Of a stretch of DNA of 37,667 bases, positions 34,324 through 37,667 are shown in pieces. A program made the position numbers and the translations under genes. The stretch spans positions 1 to 37,667 of IMG/VR virus record IMGVR_UViG_3300048850_000057; one strand, 5' to 3'. The notes beneath the pieces are model-generated. The model was given only the letters and a program-made list of their open reading frames with translations, ran no database searches and was not told the DNA's origin. Every line of letters starts with the position of its first letter. Position 1 is the stretch's first letter. The DNA is from a virus (Duplodnaviria; Caudoviricetes).

Positions 34324-34628
34324 AGCCTCTCTTCGATTTCGCCCTTGACCGGCTGGCACAACAGAAGTTCTGCCCGTGCTGTGGATGGTCACGCACCCAT
34401 TTTGTTTGCGCCGGCATGCATTCCCATCCCGAGGAGCACGGCTTCGACCACTTCATGAACCCCGACGACAAGGCCGCGGCTCGCTTCGGCTGCGGGTCGG
34501 AGTTCACGGTCGACGAGACGGATCAGATCGTAGCACGCCAAGCCTGCGGCCAGCCGTCGACCGACGCCGCGGATGCGATGCAGGGCGAGGCGGACGATGC
34601 TTTCGGAAATCAGAAGGACGCGCCATGA
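34320..34628 (+). CDS. Hypothetical Cys-containing protein
   Basis: ATGA coupling; CPCCG and F-x-CG motifs. Confidence 0.55.
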   Translation: MKPLFDFALDRLAQQKFCPCCGWSRTHFVCAGMHSHPEEHGFDHFMNPDDKAAARFGCGSEFTVDETDQIVARQACGQPSTDAADAMQGEADDAFGNQKDAP

Positions 34629-34801
34629 GCATCAGCATCGCCTGCCGCTGCGGCCAGCACCGCATGGACTACGCCGCCTACCTGCTGATGTCCGCTGTCG
34701 CGCGAAACGCCTTCCGGACCGAAATCGAGACCTGCCGCGGCTGCGACGATGTCGATCGCGTACCGGCCTCCCGCATTTGCGATGAGGCCGGCCAGCGATG
34801 A
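34625..34801 (+). CDS. Small Cys-rich hypothetical protein
   Basis: ATGA coupling on both sides; CRCG and CRGC. Confidence 0.5.
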   Translation: MSISIACRCGQHRMDYAAYLLMSAVARNAFRTEIETCRGCDDVDRVPASRICDEAGQR

Positions 34802-35076
34802 CGATGCCTCTCGCTGAAAACCCTGCCGTGCTACGTCCGCGCTCCACGCTGACGCCGAAGCAGCAAGACGCTCTCACCGCAATCAGCTTCTACAGGCGCC
34901 AGCTGGCCGTGGATGGCTACTGGCGCATCGGCAACAAGACCTTTGCACCCAGCACGATCGCAGCGCTTCAGCGCCTGTCTCTGATCAGGGTCCGCTCCGG
35001 AAGCTCTTCATTCGATCGCATCTCTCTCACCCAGGCCGGCAAGCTGGCTCACGAACGTCTAAAAGGAGGCGAGTAA
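34798..35076 (+). CDS. Hypothetical winged-helix-like protein
   Basis: LTPKQQDAL...TIAALQRLSLI...LTQAG. Confidence 0.6.
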   Translation: MTMPLAENPAVLRPRSTLTPKQQDALTAISFYRRQLAVDGYWRIGNKTFAPSTIAALQRLSLIRVRSGSSSFDRISLTQAGKLAHERLKGGE

Positions 35077-35077
35077 A

Positions 35078-35338
35078 ATGTCCGACACCAAGCAAATGAT
35101 CCTCGATCTAGAGGCTAACCGCCACGCCGGCGACGAGCTCATGGCGCGCGTGATCGCCGAGCTCCGGGAGCACGACGACCTGGTCGACGAGCTCTGTGAT
35201 CTAGACCGCTATCGCTCCATGACACGCATGGCGAGCGCCAGTTTCATCGTCGAGGCGATGGCCGCCCTCAAGGAGAAGAACCCCGAGCTGCAGGGGATCC
35301 TCTTTCCCTGCACACCAGCGCCGGCTTGGCACCAATGA
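35078..35338 (+). CDS. Hypothetical phage protein
   Basis: AAGGAGG SD; compact operon position. Confidence 0.65.
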   Translation: MSDTKQMILDLEANRHAGDELMARVIAELREHDDLVDELCDLDRYRSMTRMASASFIVEAMAALKEKNPELQGILFPCTPAPAWHQ

Positions 35339-35466
35339 TAATCGCGATCGCCATTCTCGCGCTCTGCCTCATGCTCGCCGGCGCCCTCTGGACGCTCTTC
35401 GTCGATGCTCCGGCCTTCGTCCGGCAGCACAACAGCGAACGCCGCCGCAAGTATCCGTCCGCGTAG
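35335..35466 (+). CDS. 43-aa single-TM peptide (not in the ORF track)
   Basis: MIIAIAILALCLMLAGALWTLFVDAPAFVRQHNSERRRKYPSA; ATGA coupling. Confidence 0.55.
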   Translation: MIIAIAILALCLMLAGALWTLFVDAPAFVRQHNSERRRKYPSA

Positions 35467-35489
35467 AAGCCTCCCAAGCAGCGGACTTC

Positions 35490-35535
35490 GAGACCGGCGG
35501 CCTGTGTAATTGAGTAGCCGCCGGTCTCTCTGTTT
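35490..35535 (+). terminator. Hairpin/terminator immediately upstream of the integrase
   Basis: Perfect 12-bp stem GAGACCGGCGGC/GCCGCCGGTCTC, 15-nt loop, followed by TCTGTTT. Confidence 0.6.
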
Positions 35536-35554
35536 AGCGTAAAGGAACCATGTC

Positions 35555-36964
35555 GTGTCCAAGAAAGTCCCATTTGTCGGCAAAGAGCCATCCTTGCAGT
35601 TCATCGAATGGCGGGAGGGATACCCCTATTTCGAGCCCTCGCCAGAGCTCCGAGAGAAAGGTATCCGTGGCAGGGAACTGCGTCACCCAAACGGAAACTG
35701 GTACACCGCTGACGAAGCCAAGGCATACGTCGAAGGGAAGGCATACGTCGAAGGGATTGTCGAGACCTTCTCTGGGCCGCCTCCGAAGATCAAGCATATC
35801 GCTTGGCGCAACGGCCGCCCCCGCTTCGAACCGTCGAAGAGCCTTCGCGAGAAGGGGCATAAAGGCAAGGATCTGCGCCACGAAGACGGCCGCTGGTACA
35901 GCGAGGGCGAAGCGCTCGACTGGTCAAACGCATTCAGCCGCAAGCTCAAACGAGAGAAGGCAGCCGCCACCAAGGCGAAGCCGGCGCCAAGAGCCGTCGA
36001 GCAGCCCAGGGCAGTCTATCCGATATCCCGCATGTTCGAGGAATGGCTAGCCTCGCCACGGATCCTCGGCAAGGCGGAGGCGACGCGCCGGGACTATCGC
36101 CAGAAGTCGCGCGTCATCGAGAGCCACGATACGGATCTATGGGCGTCAGAAGTCACCGCGCTAGATCAGCAGATCTGCTACGGGCTCTATGAACAGCTTT
36201 GGGAAAAGCGGGGCCTCGCAACCGCTCGGGGAACACTCCGGATCCTGTCGATCGCAATCAAATGGGCGATGAAGACCGGCCGCGTTCGCGGGCTCGTGTA
36301 CAATCCTGCGCGCGATCTCGGCATGGAGCAGCTGAAGCCCCGGGCGCGCTTCCTGACACGATCAGAGGTCGACGCGCTGGTGACGACGGCGGAAAGCGAC
36401 GCGTTCAAGCGCGTCGACATGGCGGACATGTTCATCTGCGCTCTATGGACCGGCCAGCGCCAGGGCGACCGCTTGAGCCTGCGCCTCGACGCTTTCAGGA
36501 ACGGCCGTTTCGACCTGCAGCAGGGAAAGACGAAGGCGATCGTCAACCCGCCGGTCGCGCCGGAATATCGGAAGCGCCTGGCGGCCGCCAAGCGCCGGCG
36601 CCTTCAAGCCGGGAAGTCGAGCGACTTCGCGCACCTGAACGAGCACACCTGGGAACAGTGGAACGCCTTCACCTATCGGAACCTGTTCGCCGAGATCCGC
36701 GCCAAGGCGGCCGAGAAGGTGCCGAGCGTCGCGACGATCAAGGAGAAGGATTTCCGCGCAACCGCCGTTACCTGGATGGCACTCGCCGGCGCGACGCTTC
36801 CGGAGATCTGCTCCGTCACAGGGCACTCCCTACAGGGCACGCATCAGATCCTGAAACACTACCTCGCCATGCATCCGGAGATGGCGACCACGGCGATCGA
36901 CAAGATGGTCGCCTGGTACGACAGCAACGGAGAGACCGCTATACGAGCTTCACAGGGAGAATAG
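35555..36964 (+). CDS. int: Tyrosine integrase with duplicated N-terminal domain
   Basis: TGQRQGD (R), QGKT (K), KDFR, TGH and ILKHY catalytic motifs. Confidence 0.92.
   Translation: MSKKVPFVGKEPSLQFIEWREGYPYFEPSPELREKGIRGRELRHPNGNWYTADEAKAYVEGKAYVEGIVETFSGPPPKIKHIAWRNGRPRFEPSKSLREKGHKGKDLRHEDGRWYSEGEALDWSNAFSRKLKREKAAATKAKPAPRAVEQPRAVYPISRMFEEWLASPRILGKAEATRRDYRQKSRVIESHDTDLWASEVTALDQQICYGLYEQLWEKRGLATARGTLRILSIAIKWAMKTGRVRGLVYNPARDLGMEQLKPRARFLTRSEVDALVTTAESDAFKRVDMADMFICALWTGQRQGDRLSLRLDAFRNGRFDLQQGKTKAIVNPPVAPEYRKRLAAAKRRRLQAGKSSDFAHLNEHTWEQWNAFTYRNLFAEIRAKAAEKVPSVATIKEKDFRATAVTWMALAGATLPEICSVTGHSLQGTHQILKHYLAMHPEMATTAIDKMVAWYDSNGETAIRASQGE
35720..35755 (+). repeat. Perfect 18-bp tandem duplication within int (KAYVEG x2)
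   Basis: AAGGCATACGTCGAAGGG twice. Confidence 0.95.
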
Positions 36965-36968
36965 GGAA

Positions 36969-37208
36969 ATGAACCGACCAACCCCGAAAGGCCTGCAGGT
37001 GGCCGTCGACGGCTTCAACAGGCGCTATCCCATCGGAACCGATGTTCTTTTGAGGAAGGACGACGGATCGCTGCTCGAAACGAAGACGAGGAGCCGGGCG
37101 GAGGTACTTTCCGGACACTCGGCGGTGATCTGGGTCGAAGGCGTGAGCGGCTGCTATCTTCTGAGCCGCGTCACGCCGATCGCCGCAGTGAAGAAGGTTA
37201 GCGCATGA
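36969..37208 (+). CDS. Conserved hypothetical phage protein
   Basis: FNRRYPIGT-x-V...T-x-TRS-x-A-x-VL...VIWVEG-x-SG motif. Confidence 0.7.
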   Translation: MNRPTPKGLQVAVDGFNRRYPIGTDVLLRKDDGSLLETKTRSRAEVLSGHSAVIWVEGVSGCYLLSRVTPIAAVKKVSA

Positions 37209-37471
37209 GCGAGCATAGTTGCGTCGAGAAGATGCATTGGCGTCTGAACCTGCAGCACTTCGGAAACACCAACATTAAATATCTCGAGGTGCGCGGGCAG
37301 TGCTCGGAATGCGGAAAGGAAGCCATGTTTCGCGGTCCGATGGGCGTCTCGCCAGATCGACCGACAGTCGCCATCGATGGAAGCGAAGCGTGCTTCCCCT
37401 TCTTGGTGGCGGGAGAAGAATACGACGGCCGTGCGGTCGGCTATGCCGTCACTGTGGCAGGCGGCAATTGA
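37205..37471 (+). CDS. Hypothetical protein with CxxC
   Basis: ATGA coupling; CSECG. Confidence 0.6.
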   Translation: MSEHSCVEKMHWRLNLQHFGNTNIKYLEVRGQCSECGKEAMFRGPMGVSPDRPTVAIDGSEACFPFLVAGEEYDGRAVGYAVTVAGGN

Positions 37472-37488
37472 GCTCCGACGTCCGACAT

Positions 37489-37645
<157 letters not shown>

Positions 37646-37667
37646 GACCGGAACCGCTTCGCTGCGG

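Noticed and set aside
36745-36762. Integrase inactivation because HxxR reads KDFR
   Set aside because: The first His is variable among active tyrosine recombinases, and the other catalytic residues are present.

Overview
The window is essentially one complete temperate prophage of about 37.5 kb. It is GC-rich, and the host is most likely an alphaproteobacterium of the Rhizobiales (inferred from a CtrA-like gene and the protein families present). It is integrated at the 3' half of a tRNA-Lys(CTT) gene (37570-37645, minus strand). Positions 1-127 are an exact copy of 37489-37615. The virion module is podovirus-type (BPP-1/T7-like): terS, terL, head-tail connector, scaffold, capsid, tail tubular A/B, three internal ejection proteins including a 1777-aa polyvalent protein, a tailspike, and a GH108 lysis cassette. 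It follows a split primase/helicase and an iteron-rich putative origin, all on the minus strand. A divergent cro/cI switch, an xis-like early operon and a tyrosine integrase lie on the right. The most striking sequence-level findings are: (1) six copies of a promoter-like motif TTGAC(C/G)-N15-(T/A)AnnnT with an unusually short 15-bp spacer, each heading a late unit; (2) at three of these, a hairpin that would hide the ribosome-binding site only in read-through RNA; (3) a receiver-less CtrA-like DNA-binding protein and a GANTC cluster, hinting at cell-cycle coupling; (4) a 24/27-bp inverted copy of the att-arm motif inside the end of terS; (5) an integrase with a duplicated N-terminal domain; (6) a CI repressor apparently lacking its autocleavage dyad; (7) a HEPN-like accessory gene. 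Product calls come from motif recognition by eye; no database searches were run.
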